Positions 51,226 to 59,792 of a DNA stretch of 64,000 bases are shown piece after piece. Source of the stretch: a phage; sequence record PZ171033.1, one strand, 5' to 3'. A program made the translations under genes and the position numbers. Positions within the stretch are counted from its first letter, which is position 1; each line of letters begins with the position of its first letter. A model generated the notes under the pieces. That model was not told the DNA's origin. It ran no database searches and saw nothing but the letters and a program-made list of their open reading frames with translations.

Positions 51226-51479
51226 TTATTACCTATCCTACTCACAAGATGGTTGAATATATGGGAAGCACTGTCGATGTCCCTTTATGGGTTAATTACA
51301 TTGCTTTGCTTCCTAATGTATTTACTAAGAGTTCAACCTTAATTGGATTCAGTCATAAACCTAAACTAACTGACCAAGGAATATGGGTTAGTAAGAAAGG
51401 TAAGCAAGAAGATATAGGCGTTATGACACGCTTTAAACCCACTAAAGATTTAATCTACGGTACTTTAAGGAAAGTATGA
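51222..51479 (+). CDS. hypothetical protein
   Basis: Coupled ORF. Confidence 0.4.
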   Translation: MIITYPTHKMVEYMGSTVDVPLWVNYIALLPNVFTKSSTLIGFSHKPKLTDQGIWVSKKGKQEDIGVMTRFKPTKDLIYGTLRKV

Positions 51480-51790
51480 ATAACATAATAGTAGTACACG
51501 ATAATACATTTACTGATGTAGATAAGATGATGCGTAATATTGATTATGTATCTCAGACTAGTAAAGCATTCAATGAAGAGTTTACTCTGTACTGTAATGC
51601 TGAATCTCCACTGGTTCCTATTCTTAAGGAATCAGGACTACCATTCTCTACAGAGAACTTCCCGGAAGAACCAGACTATGTAATTTCATTTATCTATGAC
51701 TTACATGATGGTTCTGAAACTAGTGAATTAGCTATGAACCAGTGGCGTAGTAAACGTCCTGTATTCCCATTCCAGGTACTTAAACCATGA
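51476..51790 (+). CDS. hypothetical protein
   Basis: Coupled ORF. Confidence 0.4.
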   Translation: MNNIIVVHDNTFTDVDKMMRNIDYVSQTSKAFNEEFTLYCNAESPLVPILKESGLPFSTENFPEEPDYVISFIYDLHDGSETSELAMNQWRSKRPVFPFQVLKP

Positions 51791-52167
51791 AGATTATGTC
51801 ATTAGGTGACGATACCAATGCTTTACTTGGTGTATCTGCACGTCCAATTATTATTGTTAATAAACATCGTGGTAAATCCGGTGAGTATATTGGACGTGGT
51901 TCACCGTTAGGCAATCCATTTGTCATTGGTAAACATGGAACCAGAGAGCAAGTAATTGCTAAGTATAAAGTCTGGTTACAAGAACAGATTGATAAAGGTA
52001 ATCCAGTTGTATTGGATGAACTTAATCGTCTGGGTAATAAAGCCATTGATGAGAAAGGGCTAGCCTTACAATGCTTCTGTTATCCGAAACCGTGTCATGG
52101 TGAGGTTATTAAAGAGAAGCTAGTGAAAGCTATGTATAACTATTTTGTGGAGAATCCTAATGGATAA
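51787..52167 (+). CDS. hypothetical protein, DUF4326-like (GNPF motif)
   Basis: Motif YIGRGSPLGNPF. Confidence 0.4.
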   Translation: MKIMSLGDDTNALLGVSARPIIIVNKHRGKSGEYIGRGSPLGNPFVIGKHGTREQVIAKYKVWLQEQIDKGNPVVLDELNRLGNKAIDEKGLALQCFCYPKPCHGEVIKEKLVKAMYNYFVENPNG

Positions 52168-52345
52168 GCAATGCAAATGTGGTAAAGGCCATGTATCCCA
52201 ATGGGATGGTAAATGTGGTCATTGCCGAACCAAGAAAGAACAGCGTGACCATGAATATGCTCTTACTTACTTAGAAGTAACTCGTAAATACAACAATATG
52301 ACCACACACGATGCTTATACTTACAACAGAGAGGCATGTAAATGA
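52145..52345 (+). CDS. small Cys-rich (zinc-finger-like) protein
   Basis: CKCGKGH...CGHC. Confidence 0.4.
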   Translation: MWRILMDKQCKCGKGHVSQWDGKCGHCRTKKEQRDHEYALTYLEVTRKYNNMTTHDAYTYNREACK

Positions 52346-52722
52346 AAGAAATCTTAGTATTCGGAAGTAATTTAGCAGGCCGTCATGGTGCTGGTGCAGC
52401 AAAAGTTGCATATAAGAAGCATGGTGCTCGTTGGGGTATGGGCGTAGGCCATTATGGTTGCAGCTATGCAATCCCAACCAAAGACCAGAACATCAAATCT
52501 ATGAAACTGGATGACATCAAAGTATTCGTAGATGCTTTCATCCTATACGCAGCATCACACCCAGAGTGGGACTTTAAAGTAACACGCATTGGTTGTGGTT
52601 TAGCTGGATATAAGGATGAAGAAATTGCTCCTATGTTTGCCAATGCTACAGGCAATGTCATGTTTGACGAAGCCTGGAAGCCTATTCTGGGAAATGATTA
52701 TATCTACTGGGGAACCTTCTAA
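52342..52722 (+). CDS. hypothetical protein with Gly-rich Rossmann-like motifs
   Basis: ILVFGSNLAGRHGAGAAKVA and IGCGLAGY motifs; family not recognised with certainty. Confidence 0.4.
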   Translation: MKEILVFGSNLAGRHGAGAAKVAYKKHGARWGMGVGHYGCSYAIPTKDQNIKSMKLDDIKVFVDAFILYAASHPEWDFKVTRIGCGLAGYKDEEIAPMFANATGNVMFDEAWKPILGNDYIYWGTF

Positions 52723-52982
52723 TGACATATGAAGAACTATGGGCTGCTCAGGTCAGAGCCAGAGCACTCACACGGCATGACATCTATTGTGCATTACAGA
52801 ACGAATTAAAGGGACGTACTAAGCTAGGTCACATATCAGGTTTCATTAAAATACCTATGCGTAGTCTAGTATGGCCTTATAAAGAAAAAAGTAATGAATT
52901 TAGCGGTAATGGTTTATATGTACGTATCAACTACCTTGGTCAAGAGAACAATATTCGTATTGCCTTTTGGACTAAGCGTTAG
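52722..52982 (+). CDS. hypothetical protein
   Basis: Coupled ORF ending just before promoter-like hairpin. Confidence 0.4.
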   Translation: MTYEELWAAQVRARALTRHDIYCALQNELKGRTKLGHISGFIKIPMRSLVWPYKEKSNEFSGNGLYVRINYLGQENNIRIAFWTKR

Positions 52983-52987
52983 GTAAT

Positions 52988-53002
52988 AGCTGCTCCGCAG
53001 CT
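52988..53002 (+). promoter_or_regulatory. vRNAP-promoter-like hairpin (6-bp stem, 3-nt loop)
   Basis: AGCTGC-TCC-GCAGCT; same GCTCCGC core; 34 nt upstream of RNAPII small subunit gene. Confidence 0.45.
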
Positions 53003-53035
53003 TTTGGTTATTAATAACATTTAGGAGAATATGCG

Positions 53036-53854
53036 ATGTACTCATCTATTGAACATCAGAAGCAGCTTGAAGTCCTTTTTAACAAAAACCAATTACTGCC
53101 TCGCATGAGGAAGGAATTCGAGGACTCCAAAGAAATTGACTTTAAGGCATTCGCTGCCTATTTAGAAATTGATTATAAGCTGCTCATTGATGCAATGGTG
53201 CAGATTGCCCTACATAAACGTGCTGACATCCAGACTATGATTGGCTCTCTCATGAGTCACTCAGATGATGCTCAGTACATCGCTGACTGTCTGTATAAGA
53301 TGGCAGAGAATGACTGCTTCAACTATGACCCTACCATCGACAAGTTCGGTGTTATCTATGAGATTAGTGAAGATGTTCAGATGGAACTGGAAGCATTCCA
53401 GTATCCATTACCAATCGTCAGTAAACCTAAGCCTGTCCTGACTAACCGGGACACTGGTTACTATGAGTCTAAAGGCTCAATCATCCTCAAGAAGAACCAT
53501 CATGAGATGGACGTCTGCCTTGACCACATTAACCGCATGAACAACCAACGTCTCTGTATTAACTGGGACGTTGCTAACTATGTAAAAGACTCTCGTCCTA
53601 ACATGGATAAACCCAAAGAGGGTGAAACCCGTCAGGATTATGAGAAACGTGTTAAAGCCTTTGAGAAGTACAGTCGTACTGCTAAGGAAGTAATGGAGTT
53701 AGTAACCAAAGAGGGCAATAACTTCTCGCTAGCGCATAAGTATGACAAGAGGGGCAGAACCTATGCCTGTGGATACCACATTAACTATGCGGGGACTTCA
53801 TATAACAAGGCAGTGATTGAATTTGCAGATAAAGAACTAGTAAACGAGGATTAG
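53036..53854 (+). CDS. phage RNA polymerase II, small subunit (N4 gp15-like; N-terminal half of a T7-type RNAP)
   Basis: 272 aa; DxxGR-type motif YDKRGRTYACGY; TAGGAG RBS. Confidence 0.75.
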   Translation: MYSSIEHQKQLEVLFNKNQLLPRMRKEFEDSKEIDFKAFAAYLEIDYKLLIDAMVQIALHKRADIQTMIGSLMSHSDDAQYIADCLYKMAENDCFNYDPTIDKFGVIYEISEDVQMELEAFQYPLPIVSKPKPVLTNRDTGYYESKGSIILKKNHHEMDVCLDHINRMNNQRLCINWDVANYVKDSRPNMDKPKEGETRQDYEKRVKAFEKYSRTAKEVMELVTKEGNNFSLAHKYDKRGRTYACGYHINYAGTSYNKAVIEFADKELVNED

Positions 53855-53855
53855 T

Positions 53856-54437
53856 ATGAAGACATGTTCAGTATGTAAGAAGAACTTGCCTCTGGACATG
53901 TTCAATAAACAGTCCACTGGCAAACAGGGTGTTAGGGCAGACTGTAAAGACTGCCTTAAACGCTTTATCCGTTCAAAACACGGAGTCATTAATCAGATGT
54001 ACTCCGGTTGTATCAGTAGAACCAAGAAGAAGGGATTTACTTCCGTATCCTTCACTAGGGAGGAGCTAGAGAAATGGGTATATTCATGCAAAGAATTTCA
54101 CACATTGTATGACAAGTGGGTATTGGAAGATTATCCAACTGCCTTGAAACCTAGCTTAGACAGACTGGATGATTACAAAGGTTATTCCCTGGATAACATT
54201 CGTATTGTTACAGCCAATACCAACGTAAAGAGGTACTACTCTGATGCAATCAACGGCATCAATACTAAATCAGCTAAGCCCGTTGAGCAGTACTCACTAG
54301 ATGGTGAATACATTAGGACATTCCATTCACTTAGTGCTGCTGCACGAAGTGTTAATGGTATACCTTCTAATATTAATCAAGTAATTAATGGTACGTATGC
54401 GCAAGCATATGGCTATAAGTGGAAACTAGGAGCCTAA
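53856..54437 (+). CDS. homing-endonuclease-like protein (zinc finger + HNH_3-like domain + NUMOD1-type DNA-binding tail)
   Basis: CxxC...CxxC N-terminus; SLDRLDDYKGYSLDNIRIVTANTN; C-terminal ...INGTYAQAYGYKWK. Confidence 0.6.
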   Translation: MKTCSVCKKNLPLDMFNKQSTGKQGVRADCKDCLKRFIRSKHGVINQMYSGCISRTKKKGFTSVSFTREELEKWVYSCKEFHTLYDKWVLEDYPTALKPSLDRLDDYKGYSLDNIRIVTANTNVKRYYSDAINGINTKSAKPVEQYSLDGEYIRTFHSLSAAARSVNGIPSNINQVINGTYAQAYGYKWKLGA

Positions 54438-54438
54438 G

Positions 54439-55656
54439 ATGCAGATTTTCACAGCTAAAGAATATTTAAAAATTGATATTGCCAATTCTTACGGGCTGGA
54501 TAAGAAGACATGGGATGAACGTATTAGCTGGTTCGATGAGAACGAAGCTAACCTGCTTAATCTGGTAGATGAAGCAGAAGAATCCGCACTGTTCTATGCA
54601 GGTGTAAACGCATGGAAAGATATGAAAGCCGGTAAGCCTATCGGTTATGCCGTAGCTCTGGATGCTACATCATCAGGCTTACAGTTACTGGCTTGCCTGA
54701 CTGGTGACCGTTCTGCTGCTGAACTGTGTAACGTAGTTAACTACATGGGCGAGAATGGTAAGCCATTACGTCGTGATGCTTATACAGTTATCTATCACAA
54801 GATGCTGGACATCCTTGGTGAAGCATCACGTATTAAACGTAGTGACACTAAGCAAGCAGTTATGACTGCATTCTACGGTTCAGAAGCCAAACCTAAAGAA
54901 GTATTCGGTGAGGGTATCCGTCTCAAGACTTTTGAGAATGTAATGGAAACGGTTGCTAGTGGTCCTTGGGCATTGAACAAGTTCTTACTGCAATGTGGTA
55001 ACCCGGATGCTAACCGTTACGTATGGGTACTGCCTGACAACTTCCATGCTGTCATTAAGGTCATGGTTCCAGAGGTACAGACTGTTAACTTCTTAGGAAA
55101 ACCATTCGACATCACTCGTATGGTTCAGGGTACTGAAGAGAAGACTCGTATGCTCTCTGCTAATATCACTCACTCTATTGATGGGATGGTGGTACGTGAG
55201 ATGCTGCGTCGTTGTAACTTCAACATGAACCAGGTGAGCTATGTTAAGTCACTTTGTGAAGGAACCTGTGATTACATGGTAGGTACTAGTGAGAATTACG
55301 ACATGGTTAGCCAACTGTGGCATAGCTATGAGAAATCAGGTTTCCTGTCTACCCGCATCTTTGATTATCTGGATTCCGACTCAGTTAAACTGGTTGATAC
55401 AGATGTAGTGCTGGCTATGCTGAACACTCTGCCTAAGAAATCATTCCCTGTAATGACCGTACATGACTGCTTCCGTTGCCATCCTAACTATGGCAATGAC
55501 CTGCGTCGTCAGTACAATCAGATTCTGTCTGACATTGCTAAGAGTGACCTACTGGGCTTCATTCTGTCTCAGGTACTGGGGCAAGAGTTCTCTGCTGGTA
55601 AGCTGGATGACAGCCTCTGGCAGGACATTCTCGAAACAGACTATGCATTAAGTTAA
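54439..55656 (+). CDS. phage RNA polymerase II, large subunit (N4 gp16-like; catalytic half of a T7-type RNAP)
   Basis: 405 aa; motif A ALDATSSGLQLLA, motif B KQAVMTAFYGS, motif C VMTVHDCF. Confidence 0.8.
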   Translation: MQIFTAKEYLKIDIANSYGLDKKTWDERISWFDENEANLLNLVDEAEESALFYAGVNAWKDMKAGKPIGYAVALDATSSGLQLLACLTGDRSAAELCNVVNYMGENGKPLRRDAYTVIYHKMLDILGEASRIKRSDTKQAVMTAFYGSEAKPKEVFGEGIRLKTFENVMETVASGPWALNKFLLQCGNPDANRYVWVLPDNFHAVIKVMVPEVQTVNFLGKPFDITRMVQGTEEKTRMLSANITHSIDGMVVREMLRRCNFNMNQVSYVKSLCEGTCDYMVGTSENYDMVSQLWHSYEKSGFLSTRIFDYLDSDSVKLVDTDVVLAMLNTLPKKSFPVMTVHDCFRCHPNYGNDLRRQYNQILSDIAKSDLLGFILSQVLGQEFSAGKLDDSLWQDILETDYALS

Positions 55657-55663
55657 TAAACTA

Positions 55664-55696
55664 GCCTCATTCCTTCGGGAGTGAGGCCTATTTTTT
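55664..55696 (+). terminator. rho-independent terminator after RNAPII genes
   Basis: 10-bp stem GCCTCATTCC/GGAGTGAGGC with TTCG tetraloop, then CTATTTTTT. Confidence 0.75.
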
Positions 55697-55713
55697 GCTT
55701 GGAGGTAATAACT

Positions 55714-55896
55714 ATGCTAATCCTTTTTGAAGTAATCTTTCAGCTAATACTGATAGTTTTATCTGTACTAGTTCTGACTACGATAGTCCGTGCCCACAAA
55801 TCTAAGTTTGCTTATTACTACTACGGAGCATACTCACTAGGCTGCTTTGTAATAGCAGGATGGATAGCTTTTGCTATCTACTGTGTAAACAACTAA
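55714..55896 (+). CDS. small membrane protein
   Basis: Two TM-like segments; GGAGG RBS; terminators on both sides. Confidence 0.45.
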   Translation: MLILFEVIFQLILIVLSVLVLTTIVRAHKSKFAYYYYGAYSLGCFVIAGWIAFAIYCVNN

Positions 55897-55924
55897 CCCT
55901 CTTAACGGAGGGTTTATTTTTTTA
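55895..55924 (+). terminator. rho-independent terminator
   Basis: AACCCTC-TTAACG-GAGGGTT then TATTTTTTTAT. Confidence 0.65.
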
Positions 55925-55970
55925 TCTGTCATGTATACTAACTCTGCTATTTACTTATGAGGAAATTGAT

Positions 55971-56804
55971 ATGCCAACTTTAAAAGTAGGTTTTAACAAA
56001 ACCACTAATGTTGCAACTGTACTGGATGCCAGTGGCTCTATCCCAGGTGGTTCCGTAGAAGTAGGAACCTTTGTACATCCAGATGCCACTTATCCAGATA
56101 GCTTAGTTATTTTTCATGGTGTTCGTGACCTGCTGTATAAACGTTCTGCTAAAGACCCAAGTAAAGCAGGCTTCTGGCCTAACAACATCGTGGATATGCA
56201 GTCTATCTCTATTGATATGAAAGCTACTCCACGACTGACTATTGCTACCAAACTGTCTCGTGTAGTCTCTGCTATCGAAGGTGAAGACATTAACTGGCAT
56301 GTTGATGTAGCAGGTGGTAAAGCACCATTTACTTATAAATGGCAATTCAAAGCTAATACTGCTGGTGCAGCATTCGCTGATATTAGCTCCAGTACTAACC
56401 CATCTGCTGCTACTGCAACATTGACCCTTAATAATGTAACAGCTGCTTCTGCTGGCACTTATAAGGTGATTGTTACTGATGCTAATGGAACCACTGTAGA
56501 AGATACGTCTTTGCTGGCTGTAGGCTACTACGAAGCAAGTTCACTGGTAGCTACTCCTGCTTCACTGGCTCTGTCTGTTGCTGCTGATACTACTGATGGC
56601 AAGAGCGTAACAATTGCTGCTATGCCTGTTGGTTCTTCTGCTGGTGCTTTATCTATCAAGACTGCTCCAGATTCTGCTCGTGCTACGGCTACCATTGCTG
56701 GTAATGTACTTACAGTTAAGCCAGTAGCTGCTGGTAATGCTACTTCTGTAGTAGTTACCAACGGTACGGTCGATGTAACCATCGCCATTACTGTTGCAGA
56801 ATAA
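55971..56804 (+). CDS. Ig-like domain protein, probable capsid decoration protein (N4 gp17-like)
   Basis: Ig-like/Big_2-like segments (TLTLNNVTAASAGTYKVIVTDANG; NATSVVVTNGTVDVTIAITV); directly after RNAPII genes as in N4; tandem terminators downstream. Confidence 0.55.
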   Translation: MPTLKVGFNKTTNVATVLDASGSIPGGSVEVGTFVHPDATYPDSLVIFHGVRDLLYKRSAKDPSKAGFWPNNIVDMQSISIDMKATPRLTIATKLSRVVSAIEGEDINWHVDVAGGKAPFTYKWQFKANTAGAAFADISSSTNPSAATATLTLNNVTAASAGTYKVIVTDANGTTVEDTSLLAVGYYEASSLVATPASLALSVAADTTDGKSVTIAAMPVGSSAGALSIKTAPDSARATATIAGNVLTVKPVAAGNATSVVVTNGTVDVTIAITVAE

Positions 56805-56817
56805 GAGTATCCTTTGT

Positions 56818-56886
56818 TTGGGGTTATAAACCCCAATATGAAACTCCCAAGTTTGACCTCCCCATCGAAGGGAGGTCTTTTTTTGG
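56818..56886 (+). terminator. tandem hairpins / terminator after the decoration protein gene
   Basis: TTGGGGTT-ATA-AACCCCAA, then GACCTCCC-CATCGAA-GGGAGGTC followed by TTTTTTT. Confidence 0.75.
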
Positions 56887-56909
56887 TTTAAACATCCTGG
56901 AGCCAGAAA

Positions 56910-57098
56910 ATGTATAAAGAGATTGCATTTTTCTCATTCTTACTGGGTGGTTTAATAGGTGCAGGATTTGTAGCTATTTCCAATACCTACTTTGGTTCTA
57001 CTCCAAACTCTGTAACACAAACTCTCAAGCATGAATGTGAATTAAATATCCCTCGTAATCAAAACTGTGTAATGCAGTTCGTACCGGAGAAGAAATGA
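56910..57098 (+). CDS. small membrane protein
   Basis: N-terminal TM helix IAFFSFLLGGLIGAGFVAI. Confidence 0.4.
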   Translation: MYKEIAFFSFLLGGLIGAGFVAISNTYFGSTPNSVTQTLKHECELNIPRNQNCVMQFVPEKK

Positions 57099-57304
57099 AA
57101 GTAATAAATCGTTCTGAGAACAATGAGGTAACTTTCGGTGATGTACAACCTGCTAATGGTTTTATTTATAACCAGACAGTGTGCTTAAAGATTCACTTAC
57201 CTGATGGTAAACCTGCTGCTGTTGCTGTAGAGACGGGAAAATCATTCTGTCTATCTGCAAGTACATTCGTAACACCAATAAACCTGGAAGGATATTACCT
57301 TTGA
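57095..57304 (+). CDS. hypothetical protein
   Basis: Coupled ORF. Confidence 0.4.
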   Translation: MKVINRSENNEVTFGDVQPANGFIYNQTVCLKIHLPDGKPAAVAVETGKSFCLSASTFVTPINLEGYYL

Positions 57305-57486
57305 AATTAACCCAGTCCCAAGCAATCTTCCTTCGTATGGTTCAAGGTGGTTCTGCCACCAGCAACCGTAATAACAAAACCGCACAGTCTCTTAAGAAAC
57401 TGGGCTTAGTTCAGTTCAATACTGGTCTTGGGTGGTCATTAACCCCTATCGGTGTACTTCAACTCAATGAAATGAAAGGTAACTAA
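57301..57486 (+). CDS. hypothetical protein
   Basis: Coupled ORF. Confidence 0.4.
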   Translation: MKLTQSQAIFLRMVQGGSATSNRNNKTAQSLKKLGLVQFNTGLGWSLTPIGVLQLNEMKGN

Positions 57487-57816
57487 ATGAAAACTTTACT
57501 TAAAGGTATTGCAGTAGCTGCACTGATAGCTTTGGTTCCAAATGCACAGGCAATTGAACCTGAACCAATTCTGGAAGGTGCTCAGGCTTACCTGGATGAC
57601 ACCCGTGATGCGTTCGGGCAAGGATTCTTCATGGGCAGTATGATCTCTTATATCGAGAGTATAAATAATTGCGTTCCCGAAGGTGTTAAGTATTCAGTCA
57701 TTCTGCCTAAGATTGCCAAAGTAGTTATTTATGATTCTGCAATCCTCAAGATGAAGAATACATCTCAAATTGTTGTGTACTCAGTACACAAGGCATATCC
57801 CTGCACTAAATCTTAA
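57487..57816 (+). CDS. secreted/periplasmic protein
   Basis: Signal peptide MKTLLKGIAVAALIALVPNAQA. Confidence 0.45.
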   Translation: MKTLLKGIAVAALIALVPNAQAIEPEPILEGAQAYLDDTRDAFGQGFFMGSMISYIESINNCVPEGVKYSVILPKIAKVVIYDSAILKMKNTSQIVVYSVHKAYPCTKS

Positions 57817-57850
57817 TCAGCAATCCCATTAGCTTTAGGAGAGTAAGTAA

Positions 57851-58164
57851 ATGGCAAGCATCGACTCCTTGACTGTATGTAATTCACGTCAAGCTCGTAA
57901 CTTTATTATCCGTGCCCTGAAAGCAGGTAACGTACCGTTCCTGACTTCATCACCTGGCATGGGTAAATCTGCAATCATTCGTTCTATTGCAGAAGAATTT
58001 GGTATGAAGTTAATTGACCACCGTCTATCTACTTCTGCCCCGGAAGACCTGTCTGGCTTACCTTTCCGTAATGGTGACCGTGCAGAGTTTATTCCATTCG
58101 CTGACTTATTCCCCATTGAGGGAGACGAAGTACCAGAAGGCTATAATGGCTGGCTCTTATTCCT
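57851..58164 (+). CDS. MoxR-type AAA+ ATPase, exon 1 (ends inside Walker B)
   Basis: Walker A SSPGMGKSA; ORF stops at 58171 right after GWLLFLN; proposed 5' splice site after T at 58164. Confidence 0.6.
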
Positions 58165-59046
58165 TAACTAACGGGGCTTCATGAGAGCAATCTCATGTCG
58201 AAAGTTACCTAAACAGGGAACCTCTTCTAAACTGGTTGGCTCAAGTGTATACTTGAGTTTTAATCAATTGGAGACAATCCTGTGCTAAATAATGAAATTT
58301 GGAAAGATGTGCCCGGCTTACCGTATGAAGTTTCCAACTTTGGCGTAGTACGCCGAAAGGAAGGAAAGTATAAATACAAAAACAGGACACATATAAAACC
58401 GTATCTTAATAACAAAGGATACTACTGCGTGAACCTGTACATGAATAGTAAAGTGTACAAATACCAAGTTCACCGTCTGGTAGGATTAGCCTTTGTACCA
58501 AACCCTAATAACTATCCTGTTATTAATCATATAGATGGAAACCCTCTTAATAACCACGAGAGTAACCTGGAATGGTGTACCCAGTCTCATAACATGAAAC
58601 ATGCTTGGGATACTGGACTGCAAACAAACAGGCACGCTAATGCTAGTAATAAAAATCGTGGAGGCTCCTCCAAATATGTAGGCGTATCCTGGAGTGAGCA
58701 AAGACAAAGATGGTGTGCCCATATAAGGGTTAACAAGAAATCTATTGGTTTGGGACGTTACAAAACAGAGGAAGAAGCTGCTAAAGCTTACGACTCCTAC
58801 GTAACTAATAACAATCTTACACAGATTGGGTACAGTACCAATTTCATTTAAACGCCAAACGACTATCGAAAACACACAGAAATGTGGAAGTGAGTAGAGT
58901 AGGGTGCAAGCCAATGGCACTCGAAACGGTAACAGCCCTAGCAATAGGGCTTTGATATAGTCTCCTCTGCATGGTGACATGCAGCAGTCAGTATTCACTG
59001 AGTGTACTGACGGCATTAGTAGTTGCGAACTAATGTGAAGATAATG
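58165..59046 (+). mobile_element. probable group I intron (882 nt) carrying an HNH-AP2 homing endonuclease ORF
   Basis: 5' exon ends in U, insertion ends in G; joining 58164 to 59047 restores Walker B LLFLDEFN in frame; 117 + 195 nt non-coding flanks around the endonuclease ORF. Confidence 0.55.
58282..58851 (+). CDS. HNH-AP2 homing endonuclease (intron-encoded)
   Basis: HNH motif NHIDGNPLNNHESNLEWCTQSHN; AP2 domain YVGVSWSEQRQRWCAHIRVNKKSIGLGRYKTEEEAAKAYD. Confidence 0.8.
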   Translation: MLNNEIWKDVPGLPYEVSNFGVVRRKEGKYKYKNRTHIKPYLNNKGYYCVNLYMNSKVYKYQVHRLVGLAFVPNPNNYPVINHIDGNPLNNHESNLEWCTQSHNMKHAWDTGLQTNRHANASNKNRGGSSKYVGVSWSEQRQRWCAHIRVNKKSIGLGRYKTEEEAAKAYDSYVTNNNLTQIGYSTNFI

Positions 59047-59785
59047 CGATGAGTTCAACTCAGCTAAGAAAGAAGTAGTAGCTGCTGCATACAAACTGAT
59101 TCTCGACCGTATGACTGGACAGAAAAAACTTCACCCTAATGTGATGATTATCTGTGCCGGTAACAAAGCTACTGACCGTGCCATCGTTAACCCACTGGGT
59201 ACTGCAATGCAGTCTCGTGTTGTCCACTTTGAAATGGAACTTAACTTCGACATCTTTGTTGAAGACGTTATGATTCCGTACAAGTGGGATGAACGTCTGG
59301 TTGCATTCTTACATGCTAACCCAGGCTATCTGCATGACTTTGACCCAGCCCATAAGAACAAAACGTTCTGTTGCCCTCGTACTTGGGACTTTGTTAACAA
59401 AGACCTCAAGAACCTCCCGGAAGGTGCTCTGCCTGACGAGGATTCCCTATACTACAGTGGTTTTGTTACACCAGGTAAGGCCGTAGAGTTTGTTCAGTTC
59501 ACTCAGGTATACAATCGTATGATTACGATTGAGAAGGTAGTCAAAGACCCCATGGGCTGTGCACTGCCGGAAGATACCAACCTATGCTGGGCTACCGTTA
59601 ACCATCTGGCTAACAAAACTACTGAAGAGAACTTCGCTGATGTTCTCCAGTACATTGAACGCTTTAAAACGTTCACCCATAAGATTCTGTACTTCCGTAC
59701 AGTGGGCAAAGCATTACCAGAAATTCAGGCTACCCCTGAATGGCGTAAGGCTGCTGCCAATATCTCTCGTTACATTCACGGATAA
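59047..59785 (+). CDS. MoxR-type AAA+ ATPase, exon 2
   Basis: In-frame DEFNSA... with no start codon upstream of track ATG 59111; sensor-1-like VMIICAGN. Confidence 0.6.
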
Positions 59786-59792
59786 TCACATC

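Noticed and set aside
56528-56836. Minus-strand ORF (102 aa) opposite the Ig-like protein gene
   Set aside because: Ala/Thr-rich mirror of the Ig-like ORF on the other strand; no expression signals.
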